A stretch of DNA of 64,000 nt from an uncultured Gammaproteobacteria bacterium (GTDB lineage Bacteria > Patescibacteriota > Patescibacteriia > Patescibacteriales > GWC2-42-12). Of this stretch, positions 19,251-28,138 are shown one piece after another. The position numbers and the translations under genes are program-made. The DNA lies in NCBI GenBank assembly GCA_964560005.1, contig CAZLKB010000003.1, positions 110,951 to 174,950 on the forward strand, written 5' to 3'. Every line of letters begins with the position of its first letter. Within the stretch, counting starts at the first letter, position 1. The notes under the pieces are model-generated. The model did not search any database. It was not told the origin of the DNA and saw nothing but the letters and a program-made list of their open reading frames with translations.

Positions 19251-19323
19251 GCCGATGTAGCTCAGCTGGTAGAGCAATGGTATCGTAAACCATAGGTCGT
19301 CGGTTCGATCCCGACCATCGGCT
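19251..19323 (+). tRNA. tRNA-Thr (anticodon CGU)
   Basis: Acceptor GCCGATG/CATCGGC. Anticodon arm ATGGT-ATCGTAA-ACCAT. T arm GTCGG-TTCGATC-CCGAC. Confidence 0.9.
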
Positions 19324-19331
19324 CAATTAAT

Positions 19332-19362
19332 AAAATCAGCCTATATTTAGCGCTGATTTTTA
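19332..19362. terminator. hairpin terminator between tRNA-Thr (+) and convergent minus-strand gene
   Basis: aaatcagc ... gctgattttt, with stem aatcagc/gctgatt followed by a T-run. Confidence 0.5.
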
Positions 19363-19369
19363 TTTATTG

Positions 19370-20929
19370 CTAATTGGCTAAGATAAATACTTTAATTTCC
19401 GCGGTTTTTTCGCTTAAATATTGTTCTAAAGTTTTTGCCCTAATAAAAATATAATTCACCCCGATTTGGTTAGCCTTATCATCAATTCTCTGAATAATAT
19501 AATAACCATCGGCTCGGGGTATTATGCCGCTGGTTTGGCTGATAGTTAAATTAAAAACGCTGGGGCCGAATTTTTCCGCTGCCGCCTCTCGGTTAAAATA
19601 AATCCCGCCGCTATATTCGTCCGCATATTTACTTAAATTTTCAATGGCGTTTTGATCTTGCAAAAATTCATTGATTTTGTTTATCCTGGACCAACCGACT
19701 TGATTAAAATCTTTGTCTAAAACAAATTTTATGGCCAAATAATTAGATGAAACCTCGCCTGACATGCCGTATTTTTTCTTTATATTATTTATTACCTCCC
19801 ATTCAGTTAAATATTTATTTCTCTCGCCCAAGCTTAAAGCTAAGTAACTTTTATCTTGAATTCTCTTAAAATCGCTATAGCTGATTATGCCCCGGCTGGT
19901 TATCACCGCCGGTACGGGTAAATATTGGGCTGCTTTTCTAATAAAAATATTATCCGCCTTAAACCTTAATACCGCGAAGCAAAAAACTATATAAAAAATA
20001 GACAGGCAGATTATCAAAAGCGATATTAGAAAAATAATATTCCGTTTAATTATAGCGTAAAAAACGCTTGCCTTAAAATTAAAATTCCGCTTAAATTTTC
20101 TAAAAATCTTTTGCCGTCTGATTTTTTTCTTCTCCCGAGCCACTTGTTTTGCCAAGCTAGCTTCTTGTTTTTCTCTTTCGATCTCCTGCTGACGCTTAAT
20201 TTTCTCTAAGCGCGAGTTTTCCTTAATTTTCCTTTTCTCCGCTTTCTCAAGTTCTGCCAGCTTTATTTTCTCAGCCAATTTTTTAGCTTCTTCAACCTGT
20301 TTTCTAGCTTCAACTTCGCGTTTGGCTTTATCAATAATCTCTTTTTTCTTCAGTTCTTCTCGCTTAATCGCTTCCGTCTGCTCGCGGCGTTTTTTTTCAA
20401 CTAACTCTCTTTTTTGTTTCTCAATTTCCGCCTGCTTGATTTCTGCCTGCTTGATTCTTGCTTTTTCTTGATCAATTTTATCTTGCTTGGCTTTTTCCTC
20501 CCGATCTTTACGATCCTGTTCAGCTTGTTCTTGATTTTTCTTAAACTGCTTTTCTTCTTCCTTGATTTTCCGCCTGGCCTCTTCCTGCCGTTTTATGGCT
20601 TGTCGAAGCCTATTAGCTTCCTCAACATCAATCTTCCCCGACTTTGCTTCCGCCGCCTTGGCGGCGGCTCGGCCATCGGAAAGATTGGGGAAAAACTCAA
20701 CTTTCGCTGATGATTTCTTCGGACTCGCCTTGCCTCTGCCGTTAATCCTGTTAATCGTATTTAAATTTATGCCGTCAACGCTTTTTGATGAAGCCGCGCT
20801 TAAGGCGGAACTCTTGAGTTGATTAACTTCGGGGGCATCTTCTTCGCCGATATAATTAAGAACGATTTTACGGTATTTTTTTATGTCGTCCGAATTTAAT
20901 TTTTTAATACCATCCAAACTTTTTACCAT
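19370..20929 (-). CDS. bitopic membrane protein: E/K-rich coiled-coil N-terminal half, one TM, SurA/PpiC-like C-terminal domain (tentative)
   Basis: 519-aa ORF with about 200 aa of KE-rich repeats (KQAEIKQAEIEKQKRELVEKKRRE) and the TM helix IIFLISLLIICLSIFYIVFCFAVL. The function of the C-terminal domain is uncertain. Confidence 0.5.
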   Translation of the reverse strand: MVKSLDGIKKLNSDDIKKYRKIVLNYIGEEDAPEVNQLKSSALSAASSKSVDGINLNTINRINGRGKASPKKSSAKVEFFPNLSDGRAAAKAAEAKSGKIDVEEANRLRQAIKRQEEARRKIKEEEKQFKKNQEQAEQDRKDREEKAKQDKIDQEKARIKQAEIKQAEIEKQKRELVEKKRREQTEAIKREELKKKEIIDKAKREVEARKQVEEAKKLAEKIKLAELEKAEKRKIKENSRLEKIKRQQEIEREKQEASLAKQVAREKKKIRRQKIFRKFKRNFNFKASVFYAIIKRNIIFLISLLIICLSIFYIVFCFAVLRFKADNIFIRKAAQYLPVPAVITSRGIISYSDFKRIQDKSYLALSLGERNKYLTEWEVINNIKKKYGMSGEVSSNYLAIKFVLDKDFNQVGWSRINKINEFLQDQNAIENLSKYADEYSGGIYFNREAAAEKFGPSVFNLTISQTSGIIPRADGYYIIQRIDDKANQIGVNYIFIRAKTLEQYLSEKTAEIKVFILAN

Positions 20930-20944
20930 ATATTTATCTAATAG

Positions 20945-21382
20945 TTACATTCTAAAAAAATAATTCAGCCATTTTTTGGGATTAGAAAATTCTTTAACCG
21001 GTTCCGCTTTTTTATAACCGGGAATGTCATAAATTTGATTATAATCGGAAGAACTGGCTAAGCTCAAGCCGCTATCAACGGTTTTAATTATCGTTAATTC
21101 TTCGCCTGATTTTTTTAAATTTAAATTCAGCCTGGCTTGCTCTTCGGCGAATTGATCAGAATCCAAATAAGCGACGATTTTTTTTAAATCTTGGCTTTTA
21201 TTTTGCAATGAGGCGATTTCTTTTTTAAAATTGCTTATTTCCTGATTGATCTTATACTGTTTAACCGCGCTTTTCGCGTAAGGGAAGCCTATTAAAACAA
21301 TAATAATTAAACCAACCAGGCTTAAGAACGCTTGATTAAAAAATATTTTTTGCAGGCTATTTTTTTTGCCTTGATTAAGCAT
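20945..21382 (-). CDS. FtsB/DivIC-like septum formation initiator
   Basis: Single TM followed by the coiled coil EIASLQNKSQDLKKIVAYLDSDQFAEEQARLNLNLKKSGEELTII. Trimmed to ATG (MLNQGKK), because the track start is TTG. Confidence 0.6.
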   Translation of the reverse strand: MLNQGKKNSLQKIFFNQAFLSLVGLIIIVLIGFPYAKSAVKQYKINQEISNFKKEIASLQNKSQDLKKIVAYLDSDQFAEEQARLNLNLKKSGEELTIIKTVDSGLSLASSSDYNQIYDIPGYKKAEPVKEFSNPKKWLNYFFRM

Positions 21383-21390
21383 ATGAGATT

Positions 21391-21561
21391 CTACAATATA
21401 ATTATTATACCAATAATCAGCCAAAATATCAAAAGATAATTTAAATTAAAGTAGGCTAAAATAATACCCGGCCAAATCATTTCCAGACAGGCAAAAATAA
21501 AAATTGCCCCGGTTATGGCATAAAACAATTCAAATAAAAATTGCTTGATAAATATTCTCAT
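21391..21561 (-). CDS. possible small membrane protein
   Basis: MRIFIKQFLFELFYAITGAIFIFACLEMIWPGIILAYF... with two hydrophobic helices. The track N-terminus (IRSEKINKFSQNS) is a read-through of the repeat at 21608-21768. Confidence 0.3.
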   Translation of the reverse strand: MRIFIKQFLFELFYAITGAIFIFACLEMIWPGIILAYFNLNYLLIFWLIIGIIIIL

Positions 21562-21607
21562 AAAACTAATTACGGATTTTAAACTATCGTGAATTATGTT
21601 ATTTATA

Positions 21608-21768
21608 GTCGCGGAGTTTTGGCTAAATTTATTTATTTTTTCACTACGGATCAAATTCTTTATGTGCTGGCCGGTCAGTCCTCGCCCCGTTAAATCACTT
21701 TGTGAGGCGAAGCCTATTTAACGGGGCGAGCTTCAAAAATAAATAAATTTTGCCAAAACAAAAATTAT
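21608..21768. repeat. MITE-like inverted-repeat element, family B copy 1
   Basis: Terminal arms gttttggctaaatttatttatttttt / aaaaataaataaattttgccaaaac. The core ggactgaccggccagcacataaagaatttgatccg (reverse strand) is about 90% identical to the copy at 44816-44953. The central GC hairpin ctcgccccgttaaat...atttaacggggcgag is copy-specific. Confidence 0.75.
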
Positions 21769-21796
21769 TAACTAGCGTAGTCCATAAACTATTATA

Positions 21797-23275
21797 TTAT
21801 TTACCGAAAAGGTTATTGATTTTTTTCCATAGGCCGGTGCCGGATAAATCAATTTTAATTTCTTTGATAAGAACCGCGCCTTGATTCTCTTCTTCAGCCT
21901 TAAGGCCGGGGACGGAAATTAAAAATTGATATTTGCCATTTTCTTGATAACCCTTGGTCAGATCAAAATCGGCGGTAACCGTCGTCCATCGGCCGGATTC
22001 ATTGGAAGCTCTATAATTAGTTAAAACATAATTTATTCTCTCCCGATCAATCTCGGTGGTCTTATCTATATTTTTAAATCTCGGGTCAAACAGGCCGGCT
22101 TGGTTAAGGCCAAAAACGCCATCGCCGGAAATAATTATATCATCCTTGGCTAGTTCAATTTTCACCCAATTAAATAGCTGTATGTTTTCCCGGCTATTTT
22201 TGCCTTCGACCAAATCAGATTCATCGGCATTAAGCTGATCGTCGAGCTTTAAAGAAAATTGCTTAAAAGTGCCATTAAGATTAATTTCATCATCGCCTAC
22301 TTTAATTTTTCCTAAACTGGCGGGATTAACGGTTTGAGCGCTGACTAATCGGCTGTTGGTAAAAAAAACTGAATTCGTTTTATTTCCGCTGTTTAGCCAA
22401 AATTTATTTATCAAAGCGAATTGGCTTTGCGAGGTGGTTATAGTCTTGGTGACTATATCATCATTAGCGATAAAACTTATCCGATAAACGCCTTCCGCTA
22501 AATCCGGTACCCTAAAATCAACCCGGCGCTCCGGACTCGCCGCGGCGTCATCCGCTATATGCTTAGCGTAAATTAAACCTGCGGAAGAATAAACTTTGAT
22601 ATCAACCGGATCATTATCTTTATTTATATTTAAATCAATAAAATCAAAGATATAGCCAAGGTCTTCATTTTTTATATAAGTATAGAATTGATAAGAACCT
22701 CGGAAACTATAATCGATCAACCGTGTTTCAGCTGTAGGCGCATACTGCTTGAGTAAAAATTGATCGTTTAAACTATAATCATACAAAGCGATTTCATTCC
22801 TCGGCGGCGGATTGTCTAAAAATTCTTCAATCGTCATATATTTTTTATCCCGCTGAATCAGCCTGGCGCCAGTCGAGCCATAAACAACCGGCCAGACTAG
22901 AGCCAGCTGATCAATAATTTTGTTTTGGAGCGGTTTTAAATCGTAGCCCCAGGCAATTTTATCGTTAAGCAAGCCGATTTCCATAACCGGAAAATCCGTC
23001 GTGTTTTTAAACTTTATGGTAACTTTCGCCCGCTCAAATCTTCTCGGCGTCGTTAAAGAAAAATAAACCGGGTCGCCTTTGATTTCAGCCGAGCCTTGGC
23101 TGGTTATTACTCTGGCTTCCGGCGATAGCTTGCCGATAAAAAAATTCGGCTTTTCAAAGTTATTAATATAGCTAATATTACCCGTTGGCGCTATTCTCAT
23201 ATACCCAAACCAACCAATTATTACCGCTAATATCAGCCATAAAAATATTCTTATTTTTTTAATAATTTTTTGCAT
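21797..23275 (-). CDS. hypothetical exported protein (N-terminal anchor), next to glycosyltransferase genes
   Basis: 492-aa ORF trimmed to ATG (MQKIIKK), because the track start is GTG. No motif recognised. Confidence 0.5.
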   Translation of the reverse strand: MQKIIKKIRIFLWLILAVIIGWFGYMRIAPTGNISYINNFEKPNFFIGKLSPEARVITSQGSAEIKGDPVYFSLTTPRRFERAKVTIKFKNTTDFPVMEIGLLNDKIAWGYDLKPLQNKIIDQLALVWPVVYGSTGARLIQRDKKYMTIEEFLDNPPPRNEIALYDYSLNDQFLLKQYAPTAETRLIDYSFRGSYQFYTYIKNEDLGYIFDFIDLNINKDNDPVDIKVYSSAGLIYAKHIADDAAASPERRVDFRVPDLAEGVYRISFIANDDIVTKTITTSQSQFALINKFWLNSGNKTNSVFFTNSRLVSAQTVNPASLGKIKVGDDEINLNGTFKQFSLKLDDQLNADESDLVEGKNSRENIQLFNWVKIELAKDDIIISGDGVFGLNQAGLFDPRFKNIDKTTEIDRERINYVLTNYRASNESGRWTTVTADFDLTKGYQENGKYQFLISVPGLKAEEENQGAVLIKEIKIDLSGTGLWKKINNLFGK

Positions 23276-23276
23276 T

Positions 23277-24539
23277 TTATATAATTCTAGAAGCACCGCT
23301 GAATAGTTTCAAGTATTCTTTGGCGGTTTTCTCCCAGCTAAATTTTTTCGCCTGCGCTAGACCGCGCGCGATTAATTTATTTCTCAAATTATTATCAGTT
23401 AAAATTTCGGCCATAGCACGAGCCAAGTCATTAATATTATAAGGGTCAACCATTATTGCGGCGTCGCCCGCGACTTCAGGCAAACTGGAGGAGAAGCTGG
23501 CGATTACCGGCAAGCCGCTGGCCATGGCTTCCAGTGGCGGAAAGCCAAAGCCTTCATAAAAGGAAGGGTAAACAAACACGCTCGCCAAATTATATAAATA
23601 AACTTTGTCCTCGCCGTCCACATAGTTTAAAAATTTTATATCATTTTTAAATTCCGACCGCTCCCATTCTTTATAAATGCTTTTGCTTTTCCACCCCCTG
23701 TTCCCGGCGATGACCAACTTTATATTTCTTAATTCTAAATTCTGACTTCTGACTTCATTATAGGCTCTAATTATTCCGTCCACGTTCTTCCGCGGCTCAA
23801 CCGTGCCAAGATAAAGTATAAATTTGTTCGGTAAATTATATTTATTTTTTACTTCCATCAAATTTCGTTCATCAGTATTTTGTTTGAAAATTTGAGAATT
23901 GTGATTTGTTTTTCCGCCATAGGCGGATCCGCCTATGGCGGAAAAATTGAAAATTGCTTGTCCCCGGATGGGGGAAAATTGAAAATTGATTTTCCTGTAT
24001 TCCTCCCCTACCCCCGCGTAGATTACTTTTATGTTACTTTCATTCACTCCGCACAGCTCGACAATATCCCGTTTAGTATTTTCGCTCACTGCCACTATAG
24101 TATTGAAACGCCTAACTAATTTTTTCACATTTACCATGCTATGCCAAAAATTCTTGCGCGCGGAAAAAAATTCTGGATACCTTAAAAATGATAGGTCATG
24201 AACCGCAATTAAGCTCCTAGCGCCCCCCGACATGCCGATAAAATTAATATGAGGCATGAAAAATACATCAACGCCCAGCGCTTGATCTATTTTCGGATAA
24301 TTAAAAAACTTAAAATACAAGTAATTTAATAATTTATTGGGGTAATTATATTTGACTAATTTAACATTATCGGCTGGAAATCGCGGGATACTCAGACAAT
24401 CGCCAAAACAATTATAAAACAGCCGGTATTGGTTATTATTATCCAGCCTTATAATCTCCCTGATTAAATTCAACGCATATTCGGACACGCCGCTATATTG
24501 CGCGTCCATCAGAGTTCGTATGTCAATGCCTATTTTCAT
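23277..24539 (-). CDS. GT4-family glycosyltransferase carrying an in-frame repeat-element insertion
   Basis: N-terminal MKIGIDIRTL and C-terminal GT4 core ILYLGTVEPRKN ... PSFYEGFGFPPLEAMASGLPVI. It also has about 34 extra residues encoded by the repeat at 23883-23994. Confidence 0.8.
   Translation of the reverse strand: MKIGIDIRTLMDAQYSGVSEYALNLIREIIRLDNNNQYRLFYNCFGDCLSIPRFPADNVKLVKYNYPNKLLNYLYFKFFNYPKIDQALGVDVFFMPHINFIGMSGGARSLIAVHDLSFLRYPEFFSARKNFWHSMVNVKKLVRRFNTIVAVSENTKRDIVELCGVNESNIKVIYAGVGEEYRKINFQFSPIRGQAIFNFSAIGGSAYGGKTNHNSQIFKQNTDERNLMEVKNKYNLPNKFILYLGTVEPRKNVDGIIRAYNEVRSQNLELRNIKLVIAGNRGWKSKSIYKEWERSEFKNDIKFLNYVDGEDKVYLYNLASVFVYPSFYEGFGFPPLEAMASGLPVIASFSSSLPEVAGDAAIMVDPYNINDLARAMAEILTDNNLRNKLIARGLAQAKKFSWEKTAKEYLKLFSGASRII
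23883..23994. repeat. composite spacer element inserted inside GT4 CDS (contains 30-nt double hairpin 23913-23942)
   Basis: tttccgccataggcggatccgcctatggcggaaaaattgaaaattgcttgtccccggatgggggaaaattgaaaatt is the reverse complement of the ftsX-upstream element at 15355-15450. Confidence 0.85.
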
Positions 24540-24558
24540 AATAAACGCATATTGATAG

Positions 24559-25671
24559 CTACCCGTTTCCCGAATTAAACTTCTCCCACTCCCAATCTAT
24601 AAACTCCGTAATTTCCTTCTTGAACCTCTCGGTGCTGAACTCTTCCGCATGCTGTTTAATTTTATGCGGATCAAACTTTGAGTCATCAAAATTTGAAATT
24701 GCCTGCGCTAAACTATCGGGAGTTTGCTCGTTAAAAAATGTGCCGGTTACACCTTGAGCTACAGTTTCCTTAGCCCCTCCAGAACGAAAAGCTATCACCG
24801 GCCGGCCCGAAGCCATGGACTCCACCGCCGTGATGCCGAAATCCTCTTCTTGGGGGTTAATAAAGGCTAAGCACCGGCCATAGAGTTCGGCTTTAGTTTG
24901 ATCATCCACTCGGCCTAAAAATTCAATATTATCGTGCCCTCGCGCCATATTTTTAAGACGCTCCAAATCCACGCCATCTCCAAAAATCTTTAATTTCTTA
25001 TTTATCCGTTTAAACGCTTCCACGACAATATCAACTCTTTTGTACGGGGCTAAACGGCCGCCGATTAAAAAGTAATCGCCCAGCGAGTCGGCAATTTTAA
25101 ACTTTTCCGTTTCTACCGGCGGATAAATCACTGTTGATTCTCTGCGGTAGTATTTATTAATCCTGCCGGCCACGAAATGAGAGTTGGCGATATATTGGTC
25201 TACTCTGTCCGCAGCCAGCTTATCCCACATGCGGATATAATTTAAAACCAAAGAAATAACTTTCTTAAAATATTTATTGTATTTTAATTCCTCAATATAT
25301 TGGTGAGTATCGCTCCAGAGATAGCGCGTCGGCGTATGGCAATAACAAATATGCAAAGCATGACTGGAAGTGATTACGCCCTTGGCGAATGAGCTGGAAT
25401 CGGAAATGATTAAATCATAATCATTTAAATTGAAAAATTCCACGGCCATGGGCATAAACGGCATATACCACTGGTAGTGCGAGATGCCGCCGGGAAGCTT
25501 TTGAATAATTGAAGTATTTATCCGGCGATGCCGATAATATTTATCAGCGTTCTTCTTTTCGTAAAGCAGGGTGTAAATCGGCGCGTTCGGAAATATATCA
25601 GCCAGGACTTTTAAGACCCTCTCCGCTCCCCCGTCTTGAGCCAGGTGATCGTGAATTAAAGCTGCTTTCAT
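24559..25671 (-). CDS. GT4-family glycosyltransferase
   Basis: MKAALIHDHLAQDGGAERV start and EDFGITAVESMASGRPVIAF (the E-x7-E region). Trimmed from the track start, which reads into the spacer repeat. Confidence 0.8.
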   Translation of the reverse strand: MKAALIHDHLAQDGGAERVLKVLADIFPNAPIYTLLYEKKNADKYYRHRRINTSIIQKLPGGISHYQWYMPFMPMAVEFFNLNDYDLIISDSSSFAKGVITSSHALHICYCHTPTRYLWSDTHQYIEELKYNKYFKKVISLVLNYIRMWDKLAADRVDQYIANSHFVAGRINKYYRRESTVIYPPVETEKFKIADSLGDYFLIGGRLAPYKRVDIVVEAFKRINKKLKIFGDGVDLERLKNMARGHDNIEFLGRVDDQTKAELYGRCLAFINPQEEDFGITAVESMASGRPVIAFRSGGAKETVAQGVTGTFFNEQTPDSLAQAISNFDDSKFDPHKIKQHAEEFSTERFKKEITEFIDWEWEKFNSGNG

Positions 25672-25868
25672 AGTATAAATGTAAAGTGTAAAAATCAAAA
25701 TGTAAAATGACAATTAAAAATGCAAAATGTCAATATTTATTATTTTCCCCACCCTCGGGAAACGAGGTGGGACAAAAAATTTTGAATTGTCACGCCCAGT
25801 GAAATTCGCTTTGCGATTATTTCACGGAGTCAATTTTTAACTTTGACTTTTACATTTTCAACTCTTTA

Positions 25869-27290
25869 TCATTCTGCTTTTCTTCTCCTGATTATCGCCA
25901 GCGGCGTTCTAAATATGATGGATAAGTCTAAAAGAATCGACCAATTTTCAATATAATAGCTGTCCAATTTAACCTCGTCTTCAAAGCTTAAATCGCTTCT
26001 GCCGGAAATTTGCGCCAGTCCGGTAATGCCGGGTTTAACCGTTAAAACTTTAGTATGGCGGCGCTCATATTTGGCGACTTCTCTGGGCTGGTGCGGCCTG
26101 GGCCCGACTAGGCTCATATTACCCAGCAATACATTGATAAATTGCGGCAATTCATCAATACTCCAGCGCCTGATAAATTTACCCACGCTGGTCAATCTAG
26201 GATCGCCGGCGATTTTATATACCGGCCCGGCCTTGGTATTTTTTTCTTCAATTAATTTTTTTTCGAACTCTAAGGCCTGATCTTGGCCGTAGTCATCGCC
26301 GACGCAATACTGGCAGACCATAGACCTGAATTTAAATAATTTAAAAACGCCGTTCTTAGACACCCGGTCGTTTTTATATATTACCGGCCCGCGTGAATTT
26401 AACTTAATTATGAGCATAGTGACAATAAAAACCGGTGAAAAAAGTATTATTAAGAATAAAGAACCGATTATATCAAGCAGCCTTTTTATTATCTTGCCCC
26501 AGCCGTCCAGCGGAGTTTTTTTTACCGAGACAATCGGAATGCCGGCGATTTCGGCAACTTCCGTTTTTAAAACTTTGGCGCCGAGCAGATCGGCCGCGTA
26601 CTGAAAGGTAATATGATTTTCATCGGCAAAATCAAACAGCCGAAGCACCTCGGCTTTGCTTAAATTAGGATCGCTTTGCATAATTTCATCAACCCCGTTT
26701 GACTTTAAAAAATCGGAAAAATCCTTTTCTGATTCCAGATTAAAATTATTAAATCGTTTGATGATTTTATAACCGGAATTTTTTCGGCTGGAAAACTCGT
26801 GGATTAAAATATCGGCGGTCTTGCTGTTGCCGACCAAGACTATATTATGAACGCCGATGCCATAATTCAATAAAATTCTTTGAATGGATCTGATAATGAT
26901 ACGAGCCGCGCTAATATAGAATATCGCGATCAGCCAGCCGGCTAAGACTATAAAACGAGAGGAAAAAAGTTCTCTAAAAACAAAAATTAAAACTACAATC
27001 AGCATTAAGCCGGTTGAACAAGCCAATATCACCCGATAAATCTCAATGCTTAAACTGCGCGATCCTTTGATGCTGTACAGCCCGGCTAAAGCAAAAATAA
27101 TCAGCCAGGCAGCGGCGATGAGCAATAAAATTTGAAAATACTCGCTAAAAGGCAGGCTGAAAATCACCGGCCTGATTTCAGCCGCCAGGCTGGTAAACCT
27201 AAGATAATAAGCCGAGGTGCCGGCTAAAATTATCATTAAAAAATCCAGCGGTACGAGTAAAAAGGAAAAAAGAAGTTCTGATTTCTTCAT
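25869..27290 (-). CDS. undecaprenyl-phosphate sugar phosphotransferase (WbaP/EpsL-type initiating transferase)
   Basis: Four N-terminal TM helices plus the C-terminal bacterial sugar transferase domain: RGPVIYKNDRVSKNGVFKLFKFRSM, DELPQFINVLLGNMSLVGPRP, KPGITGLAQ. Confidence 0.85.
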   Translation of the reverse strand: MKKSELLFSFLLVPLDFLMIILAGTSAYYLRFTSLAAEIRPVIFSLPFSEYFQILLLIAAAWLIIFALAGLYSIKGSRSLSIEIYRVILACSTGLMLIVVLIFVFRELFSSRFIVLAGWLIAIFYISAARIIIRSIQRILLNYGIGVHNIVLVGNSKTADILIHEFSSRKNSGYKIIKRFNNFNLESEKDFSDFLKSNGVDEIMQSDPNLSKAEVLRLFDFADENHITFQYAADLLGAKVLKTEVAEIAGIPIVSVKKTPLDGWGKIIKRLLDIIGSLFLIILFSPVFIVTMLIIKLNSRGPVIYKNDRVSKNGVFKLFKFRSMVCQYCVGDDYGQDQALEFEKKLIEEKNTKAGPVYKIAGDPRLTSVGKFIRRWSIDELPQFINVLLGNMSLVGPRPHQPREVAKYERRHTKVLTVKPGITGLAQISGRSDLSFEDEVKLDSYYIENWSILLDLSIIFRTPLAIIRRRKAE

Positions 27291-27412
27291 ATTAAAGCCA
27301 ATTAAATGCTAATGAAAAACGAATTAAAGCGAATTTATTGATCTGGTTTATGAACTCATTCGTTTTAATTCGTTTTAATTCGCGGCTAATTCGTTTTTAT
27401 ATTTAACTAATC

Positions 27413-27975
27413 TCAGGGCAAGCTATAAGCCGGATTCTGTTCCGCCAATTGGCGGAGATGATCATCTATCTAGCCATGATGTTGCCATCATGGTCAAGCG
27501 AGCCACTTTTCGTTACACCGTAAAAACGGCGTAGTTTGCTCTTGCTCCAGGTAGGGTTTGCCGCGTCTCTCTGTCGCCAGAGGACGAATCCTGTAATTTA
27601 AGTTAATCGGATATCCTTTATAACCCAAATTTCAGAATACTTTTCACCTTTCACCGCTGCTGCGCAGCAGAAATCCCAATAGCCAAGAGCCAACATCCAA
27701 ACAAATTTCAAATTCAAATTGCCGAAATATAAAATTAATTTATATTTGAGTATAGAAATTTGGAATTTATTTGGACATTGGAAATTGAAAATTGGTCATT
27801 CCGCTGCGGAGCAGCGGTTAGTATTGTCTCTGTGGCACTTTCCCTGCTCCGCTATAAACGGAGCGGTGGATATTATCCATTACCATTTTCCAGCGCATAA
27901 TGCGCTTTTAGAGTCCGGACTTTCCTCGCCGATTAAAATAAAATTTTAACCGGTGTAATCATCCGCTTACCCTGA
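27413..27975 (-). ncRNA. rnpB: RNase P RNA (bacterial type A) with greatly expanded AT-rich P12 region
   Basis: On the minus strand, CR-I is GAGGAAAGTCCGGACTC (rc of 27911-27927), CR-V is ACAGAATCCGGCTTATAG (rc of 27423-27440) and P1 is agggtaagc/gcttgccct. GTGCCACAGAGACAA and GGTGAAAGGTGAAAAG resemble the E. coli M1 P10/11-J11/12 strings. Confidence 0.85.
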
Positions 27976-28059
27976 TATTAGCGAAATATAAAGAACAAAC
28001 TATAAAAAAATATTACCATTAAATAGAGTAAATGTCAAACTTTTTTAATTTGTTACTTG

Positions 28060-28133
28060 TGGACACAGCAGGACTCGGACCTGCGACCTTTCCGATGTGA
28101 ACGGAACGCTCTAACCAACTGAGCTATGTGTCC
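28060..28133 (-). tRNA. tRNA-Val (anticodon CAC)
   Basis: Acceptor GGACACA/TGTGTCC. Anticodon arm TTCCG-TTCACAT-CGGAA. T arm GCAGG-TCCGAGT-CCTGC (C at position 55 is unusual). Confidence 0.85.
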
Positions 28134-28138
28134 TAAAT

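Noticed and set aside
20150-20650. Nucleotide-level tandem repetition in the KE-rich region of 19370-20929 (KQAEIKQAEI) as a satellite or contingency locus.
   Set aside because: Only one short exact duplication is visible. The rest is compositional bias of a coiled-coil coding region.
27719-27949. 76-aa plus-strand ORF.
   Set aside because: It lies inside the RNase P RNA gene on the opposite strand and spans the AT-rich P12 expansion and CR-I.
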